Shown here one piece after another: positions 38,059 through 49,826 of a DNA stretch of 64,000 bases. Within the stretch, counting starts at the first letter, position 1. The number at the start of each line of letters is the position of its first letter. The notes beneath the pieces were generated by a model. It had not been told where the DNA came from. It made no database searches and worked only from the letters and a program-made list of their open reading frames with translations. A program made the translations under genes and the position numbers. Location of the stretch: contig OZ024743.1 in assembly GCA_964016885.1 (NCBI GenBank), positions 169,694,001 through 169,758,000 on the forward strand, read 5' to 3'. This DNA is from Eledone cirrhosa (taxonomy: Eukaryota).

Positions 38059-38108
<50 letters not shown>
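38059..38108. repeat. (AAT)n between copies F and G
   Basis: Direct reading. Confidence 0.98.
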
Positions 38109-38109
<1 letters not shown>

Positions 38110-41100
38110 TTTTCTTTATGTTTACATAAAGTAGACATTAAGGATAGTACAGGACAATACAGGACGGTACAAATGGGCATTTTTGCGTGTAAAAAAAACA
38201 GAGGATGTAATAAAATAACAAAGAAAAATTCCCCAATAGGGGGGGAGACTTCCGAGGGACATTTAAAAGACCCCAGTGACCCTGACCACCAGGGCAAGTA
38301 CCCTCTCCCAGTTTTCCACCTTTAATTTACGGACACATACTCAGAGTAGGCCCATTCACTCGGGCCATACTTGCTTCTCTCACCCATCTTTCAACAAAAT
38401 GCTGGGAAGAGAGCACTTCCCTCTCTACCCTGATTTTCCTTTTCAAATGAAATTTGAAAAAGTTAATCAGGGCATCACCGAAGAGGTAAGTGCTCGTCTT
38501 CAGCCCTTTCAAACGTGTCCACCATACTATCTCTTTCGCCATGGCCACCAGACAGATAAAAACTGCCTGCCCTTCCTGGCTAAAGGAAGAGGGCGGGACA
38601 ATCCTCACGATGGACTCAGCTGATAGCTAGATCCGTCCTACACGTGACAGCAGGTGTTCGACATAAACCCACAAGTCATCAATGCTCGGACACTGGACGA
38701 GTGCGTGCAGGATGGTTTCGTCGCCCTGCGCGCATCTCGGACATGCCCGGCTGACGGCACCTCCATGCCTATAGAGTTTATCCCGAACTGGCAAAGCTCC
38801 CCGGTAACACTGCCAGGCCAGGGATTTCTGGAAGTTGTCCATAGGCCCCGGCCCGAGAGTCCGTCCGAAGAGATTGGCTAGTTGATTTTCGTCGACGCCT
38901 AGAGTTTCTCCAAGTACGTCGTCGCTCTTCCCCTCCACTAATCCTCTATAGAACGCCAAGGTGGAGTTTCCACCGATCACATTGCTCGATTGGTCGAGGG
39001 CTATGAGCGCCTGAAGACATTCCAGTCTCCAAGTGCTCCCTCTCGGTCTTCGCTTGACCCAGGACTGCAGCTCCGTCAAGGAGACGAGCTGGGGAAAGAC
39101 ATGTCTAGCAAACGGCGACCACACCTGATCACCGTCGAGGAAGAGGTGGAGATGTCGTAGCCTGAGCGCGTCTCTGCGCATCATCGGCCACGGCATTCCC
39201 AGCGCTCCACGTAGCGGGTGTTGACAGCAGATGGACCGCCTGACCATCGGAGCGCGTCCCTTCCACAAAAAGCGAAAAAGCAAACGCTCCAGCGCAGTCA
39301 GGAGGGGCTTAGGACAAGGTACGACGGTCAGGAGAGAAGCCACCCTGTTCGTCACCTTGTCCCAGTTTTTGTCCGTCTGGAGGTCCGGACCGAACCAGAC
39401 CCTATCCCGACGGAGCTGTTGGACGGCATGGACCTGCCTCTCCAGGTGCCGAGCTGCAGGCCCACTGACCTTTCCTGGTTGATTATTGCTCCTGTCACCG
39501 CTTCGTATTCTTTTAGTCTATTCTCTTAGTGTATTCTCTTAGTGTACTGTATCGCCTCGATGTGTTTGACGTTCGACACCACTACGGTGACATCGTCCGC
39601 ATATGCTGACACGGATCTTCCGCATCCTAGTTCGCGCGGGACCCCTCTCAACGTCTCCAGTTTGTGCAGTAATGGCTCGAGAGTCAATACGTACAAGAGG
39701 GACGAGAGGGGCCATCCTTGGCGGACCGACCGCATGATGTTGAACGGTTCCGAAAGGTGACCGTTCACTCTCACCTCAGAGCAGATGTCACTGTGCATGG
39801 CAGCGATCCAGCCTCTGAAGACGGGCCCAAAGCCAGCCGCCCTCAGGACTGCCGCTAGGTAACGATGGTCGACCCTATCGAAAGTTTCGACTGATCTAAA
39901 TTTATCAAAGACCCACCCATGCCAGGTTCCCTAGCTACCCTCTCTACGATGTATCGCATGAGGTGGAGGTTGTCGTGGATGGAACTGTCGGGAATGGCGC
40001 ATGTCTGCGCCTCTCCCACCAGACCACCAACCACAAGCGCCAACCTCTTTGCTAGCACCTTGGCCAAAATCTTGAACTCTGTGTTTAGCAGGGTTATGGG
40101 CCTAAAATTATCTATGTTATCCCCCTTGTTCGGATCCTTTCTCAGCAGCGCCACCGCTCCTCGGCTCACAGAGCTGGGAATTCTCCCGTTCTGTTGCCAG
40201 TTGCAGTAGACGTCCGCCAAGAGGCCTCCGAACAAGTCTGGCAGTTGTACGTAAGGTTCATAGGGCAGACCATCCAAACCAGGTGATTTACCCCTTGTGC
40301 AGCCAGTCATTGCCTCCCGTACTTCAGCGGCTGTTATCGGCTTTTCGCAACACTCCGCCCCAGTGGCCGAGAGCCGCGGCAGTCCGTCGAGGTATACACT
40401 AAATTCCATCCCTCTATCCGGCCCGCCGCTGCCCCCGAACTGTTGAGCGAAGTGTCGCTGAAAAGCTTCACACATTTGCCCGGGATCGAGTAGCATGCGC
40501 CCGTCGTGGTCCACCAAAGACCGGATCGTGGCTTTGTTGCCACGACGCACCTCCGCCACTCGGGCCCATTGAACGGCTTTCGTCCCCTCGTGTCTGAAGA
40601 ATTGGTCAAGGGCCAATTTCGCCGCAAGTACGTCGGTCGCGATGCCTTTGCAAAGCGCCTCGTCTAATTTTCTAACTAATTCTCCCTCTGCTCTATTTTT
40701 CTCTATTGCTAAAGCCTTACTAAACCTAATGGACTCTATTCTAATTGCTGTTTTCAGAGCAAACCACCACTTCTTGTTGACGATGGCACTCGTCAACGCC
40801 CGCTTAACTAGTTCGCTAATCCGGCCTCTGTAGGCCTTGCGCGCTGGGAAGGACGCGTTTAGCTTCCAGTAGCCGGGTCCTCGTTTATGAAGCCTATCTA
40901 AGTCAAGCACACAGATCACGAATTTGTGGTCCGTGTAGCTGACTATCTTGAATTGTGGACAGCCTATGCTAGACCTATCTATTTCCCTAAAAAATACTCT
41001 ATCTAGATATGATCTGGATGACCCTATGCGATTTGTCCAAGTCCACATTGGTACATTCGGGAAATCCATTCGGTACCTGTCAGACAGTTCAAAACGCCTG

Positions 41101-43774
41101 AGCAGGTTGGTGAGACTCTTGCACCCTCCTCCCCTATCCACTAATCCCACACAGTCCCAGCGTGCATCTAAGATCCCGTTCCAGTCGCCCACTATCACTA
41201 AAGAGCGGGACGTTCCAAGAAAGGTCTCCAGACGCCGGAAGAAATCAGGCCGCCCTGCTCCTGTCGGGGCATAGACGGCCACTAACCTGAAAGCTTGCCC
41301 GTCTCCGGTGGTCACGTCCAGCACCACCAACTTACCTTCTGGGTCCAGGAAGATGGCCCGTATGGCAAGATCCAAACCTCTCCGAAAAAGCACAGCAACT
41401 CCACCCCCCGATCCCGGACGGCTGGGAGATGCGTACACATCGTAGCCGCCGAAGATCGGTGCGAAGGCCCGTGCTTCGGAGATTCTGGTCTCGCTGATGG
41501 CCACTACATCTATGTTTAGTGACCTGAGGTCGTTGAGCAGGTGGCCCTGCTTCCATGACAACCCCAAGCCACGCGCATTTATTCTGCCTATTGTGAGTGA
41601 GGTCATGTTGAAAAGGAGTGGAAAAGATGGGAAAGACCACTTACCTTACTTCTCGTAGAGGAAGGACGGTTTTTCCATCCTTTTCACTGCTTGTGGCCTC
41701 CTCAGGAAGGATGACCTTATAAATCCTCCTGGAGAGTGCTTGTCGGAAGTCTCCGATGTCTTTGGGGAATTTTTGTTTTAGTGTCGTGTACGTTTTCTGT
41801 GTGATGCGAGTGATTTGTATGTGTGGAGGTTGTGTGAATTTTTGGGTTGTTGTGTAGTCTTTTTCTGTGATGCTGGTGTTGTGTTGGATGTAGTGTAATA
41901 ATTGGTTGTTGTTCACATTTAATGCTGTGTAGTGTGTATCGTTTTGGTTGTTTTGTTTTGTTTGCGTTTGTTGTGGGTTTGTTTATGTTTCGCATTTTGG
42001 TGACTTTTGTGGTGTAGGTGATGGTAGTGTTGGGGTTAATGATGGTGATGGTGTTGGTGTTTGTGGTGATGGGGTTGGTGATGCTGGCATATCTGTCCTA
42101 ACTTTTTTGTTTGTTAGTTTATTTGTTTCCCTCTGTATTTTGTTTTTGGAAGGGGAAGGAAGAGAATGTTTTTCTTTTTTGGTTTCTTTTTTTCTTTTTT
42201 TCTGATACCGTTTCCCACTCCTCGTCGTCACAATCTGTCTCCAGTTGTGATAGGCCGGGGAGTGGAAAATCCTCCACAGGCGTTAGTTTTGGTTGTGGCG
42301 TGGTCGATGGTGTAGGCGCTGGTGCTAGTTCTGGCGCGTTGGGTGGTGGTGGTGGTGGTTTTGATACTGTTGCTGGGGTTGTTGCTGTTACAGTTGCTTC
42401 TGTTGTTGCTGCTACAGTTGTTGCTGCCATCTCTGCTGCTGGTGGTGTTGATGGTTGAGGCACTGGGGTGGGTAGGAGAGGTGGCCTCAACCTTTTAGCC
42501 TGAGGGCAGAAAGCCCTTAGGTGGGTTCCTTCACCACAAACGACACACCTAGGCCTTCTGCCCTCGACAATTACGGTGAGGTGGCTGCCGTCAGTGAGGT
42601 CTATTACCTCTGGGATCTCCTCAATGCTTTTTTGGTCCGCTTGGATCAGGAGCTCCATCCCAGATCCGGACCAGTTCTCCTGCTTTTCTTTCGCTATTTC
42701 GATTATCTTGGTGTTGGCTTCGATGCCGGCGAGGACAGCCGCTATTAGCCAGGGAATTTCGATGGCCGGTGGAACGTGGGTGACCCTGATCTTTACGAGT
42801 CTCTGGCCACAATAGCTTGGGACGCTTGTGAAGTCGTCACTTCTTAATGGGGCCATGGAGTGTTCTCTAGCCTCCTCTGGTGTTTCAAAGAACACGTCCA
42901 CGGTTCCATACTTCTGCCCACGTCTGATGTGGGTTTTTTTGCCCACACATGACCCAAAGCTTTTTGGATTTGGGACTCGGATGCCCGTTCCACTCGGCGC
43001 GATTTTATATTAATTGTTCGATAAGACACGGTGCATAGGCGCCGATTCGCTATTTTATTAGGGGGGGGGCTGACCCTGTACCCATCTTTCTTTACCATTT
43101 TTTTGGCTTCTTCTAATTCCTCCTGAGTTACCTGAAATGCTTCGCACTGTTTTGCTACTCTGGCAAAACTCAGGGTGGTTTTCTTAATGTCATTGTTGCT
43201 GTTGTTGTTATCGTTATATGTGTTATTATTAATTTTAGTTTCAGTTGTGGTGGTGGTGGCGTCAGTGGTGTTCGGTGTGGAAGAGTTCTTTTTGGTTGAA
43301 TTCATTTCGATATCACGAGTTAATTTATTTTTTCTTTTCTTTCTGTTGTCGCTGTGGGGGGGGGGGGGTCGTGGTGTTGATGGTGGTGGCGGCTTTAACA
43401 CCTGCAGTCATTGGTAATGGCGGGAAATGAATGTCTGCCTGAGACAAATTTAAAATATTGCTACTGCTTATATTTTTAGTGTTGGCAAACGTAGTAATAT
43501 TTACAATGGTGGTGTTAGTGTGAAGGTGTTAGTTTGTGAGGAAGGCTGTCAGCTTCGTGTGGCTGTGAGTCTTCCATGTTTTTTTCAAAGAAAGTTTTTT
43601 TTTATAATTATAAAATTTAAAATTTGGGCTCAAGGCCCCAATCTTTTTGAGTGTCCTTTTCAAAAAACAATGTATGTGCACAATAAAAATTTTCCATAAA
43701 TGGCAATTTTAAACAAACGAAAACAACAAACCTTTGCGGAGCTCACGATGATACGATTTACTACGTAGGTCGCC
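38109..43774 (-). mobile_element. Tx1-like LINE copy G, full length (same family as B)
   Basis: ORF1 43577-41641 (RCVVCGEGTHLRAFC). ORF2 41606-38327 (583-aa APE-RT open stretch, YADD, CPRC...H...C). 3'UTR nearly identical to B. Confidence 0.94.
39855..41606 (-). pseudogene. Tx1-like ORF2 N-terminal part (APE plus start of RT), open for 583 aa before a frameshift
   Basis: ORF track; GDWN, YLDR, YTDH, GYWKLN, NFRPITLLN. Confidence 0.9.
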
Positions 43775-43780
43775 AATAAT

Positions 43781-43847
<67 letters not shown>
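43775..43847. repeat. (AAT)n
   Basis: Direct reading. Confidence 0.97.
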
Positions 43848-43848
<1 letters not shown>

Positions 43849-44012
43849 GGAAGATTCTGTCAATATAAGTACATCACAAGTCTAAACACTAAAGATGCAT
43901 GTGTGAGTATGTATGTACTTTCTTGAACATGGCGGACCTTGTTGTCTCTTGAGGTCACTGGTTGTGACTTGGTGATAACTCGTATGAACATAAAGCAAGA
44001 TAAATGCAACTG
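43843..44012 (+). mobile_element. very short 3' fragment of a second R4/Dong-like family
   Basis: Reads IRKILSI* (compare LRYVLNI* of the neighbouring copies). 3'UTR GAGGTCACTGGTTGTGACTTGGT resembles GAGGCTGCAGGTAGTGGCTTGAT. (TAA)n tail follows. Confidence 0.6.
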
Positions 44013-44031
44013 TAATAATAATAATAATAAT

Positions 44032-44216
44032 TGTTTCTACTTTAGGCACAAGGCCAGCAATTACCCAGTGCATTACTGGTACTTTATTTTATCGACCCCG
44101 TAAGGATGAAAGGCAAAGTCCACCCTGGCGGGATTTGAACTCAGATCGTAAACGGACGTAACTATGCGTCAAAGCATGGCGTCCGACCCTCCACCGATAC
44201 TGCCAATCCACCGCCC
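44032..44216 (-). mobile_element. tRNA-derived Meta-type SINE inserted in (AAT)n
   Basis: A-box-like TGGCAGTATCGG, B-box GAGTTCAAATCC, core GCCTTTCATCCTTACGGGGTCGATAAA. Flanked by (AAT)n on both sides. Confidence 0.85.
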
Positions 44217-44237
44217 TTAATAATAATAATAATAATA

Positions 44238-44452
44238 GATTGTCATAAGCGCACTAGGTACTATCACAAAAAGTTTCCAGAGTGGTTAAAGAAAATTGAC
44301 CCCTTCACGCTTTTTGGAACGCTTCAAAAGGCATGCTTGCTGGGAACAGCAAGAACCCTCCGATACGTCCTGAATATCTGAGGCTGCAGGTAGTGGCTTG
44401 ATATTCATTTCAACAAACTTTCCAGTTAACTAACATCAATGACTGAGACTCA
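44238..44452 (+). mobile_element. R4/Dong-like LINE 3' fragment with (TAA)n tail (44453-44498)
   Basis: Homologous to 46296-46512. Confidence 0.9.
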
Positions 44453-44498
<46 letters not shown>

Positions 44499-44499
<1 letters not shown>

Positions 44500-46515
44500 A
44501 CATGTCTGTCCGTAATGTGGAAACTGTTGACGAGCATTGTGTCTGAGGAAATCTACCATCACCTCCACACAAACAACTTGTTACCGGACGAACAGAAAGG
44601 ATGCCGAAAGAAGTCACGTGGTACAAAGGACCAGTTACTTATTGATAAGATGGTAATGGGGAATTGCAGGAGGAGACACACTGATCTTGCCATGGGATGG
44701 ATAGACTACAGAAAGGCATTTGACATGGTGCCTCATTCCTGGATCACCAAAAGCCTGGAGATCTTCAGGGTGGCAGATAACATCAGACAGTTGCTAGGCA
44801 GGAGTATGGGGTCCTGGGAGACAGAGTTGACATCAACTGGAGTATCCTTGGGAAGCGTGAAGATCAAGAGAGGTATCTTCCAGGGAGATAGCCTGTCCCC
44901 TCTGTTGTTTGTCCTTGCCCTGATGCCCTTGACCATTATGCTGCGAAAAGTGAGAGCAGGATACAAGTTGGGAAGGGGAGAGCTTACCATCAATCACCTC
45001 CTCTTCATGGACGATCTTAAGCTCTTCGGGAAAAGTGAGGAGTTGGATGTGCTTGTTGACACTGTCCGTATTTTCAGCAGTGATATATGTATGCAGTTTG
45101 GTATTGGTAAATGTGGAGTCATTGTGATGAAGAGGGGTAGGTTGAGCAGAAGTAACGGGATCCAGATACCAACAGGTGAGATGATAAAGGAAATTGACTC
45201 TGAGGAAGGATACAAGTATTTGGGCGTTCTGGAGGCTGATGGCATAAAGAACAAAAAAATGAAGGAATTGTTAAGAACTGAATACATTCGAAGAGTAAGG
45301 AGCGTATTGAAGTCACATCTGAACAGCAGAAATGCCATAAGCGCAGTAAATTCCCGAGCTGTGTCTATTATTAGGTACAGTGCGGGAATTCTGAGATGGA
45401 ATGTTGCTGAACAAAAAGAAATGGATAGGAAGGCTAGGAAGCTATTGACTATCTACAACATGTTCCACAAGAGGAGTGATGTCGATAGACTCTACCTAAG
45501 GAGATCTGAGGGTGGAAGAGGTCTTATCAGCATAGAGGACTGTGTTCAGATGGAGAAAAACAACCTATACAAATACGTGACCTATAGTAAGGAGCCAATG
45601 CTCAGAACTGTACTGAAGGAGGGGACAGTAGGCCAGGGGATGTCCAAGGAGGAAATAACATCAAGGAGGAAGAGCAGCCTTAAGGGAAAATCCCTTCATA
45701 GTACCTTCTTTGAGAAAACTGAATTTAGAGATCCACAGACATGGAACTGGTTGAGAAGAGGAGACCTCAAAAAGGCTACAGAAGGAATGCTAATGGCTGC
45801 GCAGGAGCAGGCCCTCAAAACGAAGTGGTTGAAGCACCATATCTACAAGGAGGAGGCTAGCCCACTGTGCAGGATCTGTGGAGAGAGAGAGGAGACTGTG
45901 GCTCACATTGTGTCCGAGTGTAAACACCTAGCCCAGACCCACTATAAGGGCTGGAGACACGATGTGATGGGCAGGGTGATCCACTGGCACCTGTGCAAAG
46001 TAAACAATTTACCACATTCTGAGAAATGGTATGAACATAGGCCAGAGGCGGTGATGGAGAACAATCAGGTGAAGGTGCTGTGGGATTTTAGGATACAGAC
46101 GGACAAAAAACTGGAACACAATAGACCTGACCTGGTGGTTGTGGACAAAGAAAAAAGAACGTGTCTGATTGTGGATGTGGCCTGCCCGTTCGACACGAGA
46201 GTGCAAGAGAAGGAGAGGGAGAAAATTAACCGATACCAGGACCTAAAGTGGGAGGTGAAAAGGATTTGGAACTGCCATGAAGTCAAAGTGATCCCGATTG
46301 TCATAGGCGCACTGGAGACTATCTCCAAAAGTTTCCAGGGATGGTTAAAGAAAATCGGCCCCTTCACGCTTTTTGGAACGCTTCAAAAGGCATGCTTGCT
46401 TGGAACAGCAAGAACCCTCCGATACGTCCTGAATATCTGAGGCTGCAGGTAGTGGCTTGATATTCAATCCAACGGACTTTCCAGTTAACCAACATCAATG
46501 ACTGAGATTCAAGGA
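44499..46515 (+). mobile_element. R4/Dong-like RLE-type LINE, 5'-truncated, intact 3' ORF
   Basis: Starts directly after (AAT)n; ORF, short 3'UTR, (AAY)n tail. Confidence 0.93.
44515..46440 (+). CDS. RT plus CCHC zinc knuckle plus PD-(D/E)xK restriction-like endonuclease (N-terminally truncated, 641 aa open)
   Basis: [79 protein letters not shown]. Confidence 0.92.
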   Translation: MWKLLTSIVSEEIYHHLHTNNLLPDEQKGCRKKSRGTKDQLLIDKMVMGNCRRRHTDLAMGWIDYRKAFDMVPHSWITKSLEIFRVADNIRQLLGRSMGSWETELTSTGVSLGSVKIKRGIFQGDSLSPLLFVLALMPLTIMLRKVRAGYKLGRGELTINHLLFMDDLKLFGKSEELDVLVDTVRIFSSDICMQFGIGKCGVIVMKRGRLSRSNGIQIPTGEMIKEIDSEEGYKYLGVLEADGIKNKKMKELLRTEYIRRVRSVLKSHLNSRNAISAVNSRAVSIIRYSAGILRWNVAEQKEMDRKARKLLTIYNMFHKRSDVDRLYLRRSEGGRGLISIEDCVQMEKNNLYKYVTYSKEPMLRTVLKEGTVGQGMSKEEITSRRKSSLKGKSLHSTFFEKTEFRDPQTWNWLRRGDLKKATEGMLMAAQEQALKTKWLKHHIYKEEASPLCRICGEREETVAHIVSECKHLAQTHYKGWRHDVMGRVIHWHLCKVNNLPHSEKWYEHRPEAVMENNQVKVLWDFRIQTDKKLEHNRPDLVVVDKEKRTCLIVDVACPFDTRVQEKEREKINRYQDLKWEVKRIWNCHEVKVIPIVIGALETISKSFQGWLKKIGPFTLFGTLQKACLLGTARTLRYVLNI

Positions 46516-46536
46516 ATAACAACAACAATAATAATA

Positions 46537-47584
46537 CACAAGAGGAGTGATGTCGATAGACTCTACCTAAGGAGATCTGAGGGTGGAAGAGGTCTTATCA
46601 GCATAGAGGACTGTGTTCAGATGGAGAAAAACAACCTACACAAATACGTGACTGATAGTAAGGAGCCAATGCTCAGAACTGTACTGAAGGAGGGGACAAT
46701 AGGCCAGGGGATGTCCAAGGAGGAAATAACATCAAGGAGAAAGAGCAGCCTTCAGGAAAAATCCCTTCATAGTACCTTCTTTGAGAAAACTGAATTTAGA
46801 GATCCACAGACATGGAACTGGTTAAGAAGAGGAGACCTTAAAAAGGCTACAGAAGGAATGTTAATGGCTGCGCAGGAGCAGGCCCTCAAAACGAAGTGGT
46901 TGAAACACCATATTTACAAGGAGGAGGCTAGCCCACTGTGCAAGATCTGTGGAGAGAGATAGGACACTGTGGCTCACATTGTATCCGAGTGTAAACACCT
47001 AGCCCAGACCCACTATAAGGGCTGGAGACATGATGTGATGGGCACGGTGATCCACTGGCAACTGTGCAAAGTAAACAATTTACCACATTCTGAGAAATGG
47101 TATGAGCATAAGCCAGAGGCGGTGATGGAGAACGATCAGGTGAAGGTGCTGTGGGATTTTAGGATACAGGCGGACAAGAAACTGGAACACAATAGACCTG
47201 ACCTGGTGATTTGGGACAAAGAAAAAATATCGTGCCTGATTGTGGATGTGGCCTGCCCATTCGACACGAGAGTGCAAGAGAAGGAGAGGGAGAAAATTAA
47301 CCGATACCAGGACTTAAAGTGGGAGGTAAAAAGGATTTGGAACTGCCATGAAGTCAAAGTGATCCCGATTGTCATAGGCACACTGGGGACTATCTCCAAA
47401 AGTTTCCAGGGATGGTTAAAGAAAATCGGCCCCTTCACACTTTTTGGAACGCTTCAAAAGGCATGCTTGCTGCGAACAGCAAGAACCCTCCGATACGTCC
47501 TGAATATCTGAGGCTGCAGGTAGTGGCTTGATATTCATTCCAACGGACTTTCCAGTTAACTAACATCAATGACTGAGATTCAAG

Positions 47585-47585
<1 letters not shown>
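46537..47585 (+). mobile_element. second 5'-truncated copy of the same R4/Dong-like family; (TAA)n tail 47586-47618
   Basis: Near-identical to 45466-46515; one premature TAG at ~46960. Confidence 0.93.
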
Positions 47586-47618
<33 letters not shown>

Positions 47619-47620
<2 letters not shown>

Positions 47621-49719
47621 TTTCTTTATTGGCCACAAGGGCTGACATCAAGAAAAACATTACAGACGGCACAGGACGGTACAGGACGGTACGATGTGGG
47701 TTTTGTGCGTGTAAATATTTTTATTATTTATATAAGAAAAGAAGAAAAAAAGGACATAGAAACATATATATATATATATAAACAATAAAAATGAAAATTG
47801 AAACAATGAAAAATTCCCCAATAGGGGGGAAACCTCCGAGGGTTACTCGTGGCGAAAACCACACGAAAGACCACGGCCCCCTGACCATATGGCAAGCTCC
47901 CTCTCTCAATTTTTCCATCTCTCAAACTACAGACGTATATTCAGACGTATATTCACTCGGGCCATTCTCGCTACATTCACCCACCTTTCAACAAACTTGC
48001 TAGAAAGCAGCACTTGCCTCTCCACCCTGATTTTCCTCTTCAAGTGAAACTTGAAAAAGTTAATTAGGGATTCGCCGAAGAGGCAAGTGTCTGTCTTTAA
48101 CCCTTTTAACCTTGTCCACCACACAATCTCTTTCGCCACCAGGGAGATGAAAACCGCCTGCCCTTCCTCCTCGAAGGAAGACGGCGAGACCATCTGCACA
48201 ATGGACTCAGTCGACAATCGGATCAGTCCCACACGCGACAGCAACTGTTCGACATAGCTCCACAAGTCAGCAATGCTCGGGCACTGAACGAGTGCGTGCA
48301 CGACGGTTTCGTCGCTCTGCGCGCATCTCGGACAGGCTCGGCTGACGGCACTTCCGTGCCTGTAGAGCTTATCTCGAACCGACAACGCTCCCCGGTAGCA
48401 CTGCTAGGCCAGGGATTTTGGGAAGTTATCCATAGGCCCCGGGCTGAAAGCTCTCCGGAAGAGAGCAAACAGCTGATCTTCTTCGACGCCCAGGATCTCT
48501 CCGAGAATGTCGTCGCTCTACCCCTCCACTAGTCCTCTATAGAACGCCAAGGTGGATGTTCCACCGATACTGGTGCCCAGCTGGGAGAGGGCAGTGAGCT
48601 CCTGGAGACATTCCAGTTTCCAAGCGCTATCCCTCGGTCTTTTTCTGACTCAGGACTGCAGCTCCGTCAAGGAGACGAGCTGTGGGAAAACGTGCCTGGC
48701 GAACGGCGACCACACCTGTTCACCATCAAGGAAGCACCAGAGATGTCGCAGCCTCAGCGCATGTTTGCGCATCATCAGCCATGGCAAGCCCAGTCCTCCA
48801 CGCGACGGGTGCTGACAGCAGGTAGATCGTCTGCCCATGGGAACTCGTCCCTTCATAAAAAGCGGAAGAAGAGGCGCTCCATTTTTGTCAGAGTTGGGCC
48901 GGGGCTCGGCACAACGGTTAGGCGGTAGCAGATGACGGATGCGATGAACGCATTCGCCACCTCTGCCCGACCTTTCAGGAACATCTTTCTCTCGGCCCAT
49001 TTCTAGGTGAGAGAGGCCACCCTGCTCATCACCTCGCTCCAGTTTTTCTTCAACTGGAGGTCCGTACCGAACCAGACCCCGAGCAATTTAACCGGTCCTT
49101 CTGTTCAGCGCCCCACGACGCTGTCGGACGGCATGGACTTGCTTCTCCAGGTGCCGAGCTGCAAGCCCACCGACTTTTCCTGGTTTAACTTTGCTACTGT
49201 CACTGCTTCATATTCCTTAAGAGCGGTGCCGAGCATTTGGACATGTCCGGTGCTTGACACCACCACGGTGACGTCGTCGGCGTAAGCCAATACGGATCTC
49301 CCACATTCCAGTTCGCGTCGGATGCCTCTCATCGCTTCCAAATTGTGAAGTAACGGCTCCAGGGCCAATACGTACAAAAGCGACGATAGGGGACAACCCT
49401 GGCGGACCGAGCGCATGATGCTGAACGGCTGTGACAGATGATAGTTAATCCTCACATCTTAACAGATGTCGCTGTGCATCGCAGCGATCCAACCCCTGAA
49501 AGTGGGCCCGAAGCCGGCCGCCTCGTGGACCGCCGCCAGCTACCTATGGTCGACCCTATCAAATGCCTTAGAATGATCCAAGTTGATCAAGGCCCCACCC
49601 GTGCCAGGTTCCTTAACCACCCTCTTTATGATGAATCACATGAGGTGGAGGTTGTCGTGGATGGATCTGTCTGGAATAGCGCATGTCTGCGCCTCTCCCA
49701 ACAGACCACCGACGACAAG
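47619..49719 (-). mobile_element. Tx1-like LINE copy H (RT to 3' end)
   Basis: RQGCPLSSLLYVLALEP, YADD, CPRCAQSDETVVHALVQC. 3' end GCCCTTGTGGCCAATAAAGAAATC(ATT)n. Confidence 0.9.
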
Positions 49720-49826
49720 GTCAGCAATTTTGTTGGGGGAGGGGAAGTCGATTAAATTGACCCCATGATTGGTACTTTATTTTATCGACCCCGTAAGGAT
49801 GAAAGGCAAAGTTAACCTCGATGGGA
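49715..49826 (-). mobile_element. Meta-type SINE fragment
   Basis: TTTATCGACCCCGTAAGGATGAAAGGCAAAG, as in 44088-44118. Confidence 0.8.

Noticed and set aside
9386-47618. Repeat-spacer organisation resembling CRISPR or telomeric arrays
   Set aside because: The repeats are simple (AAT)n and the spacers are whole retroelements. No cas genes and no TTAGGG arrays are present.
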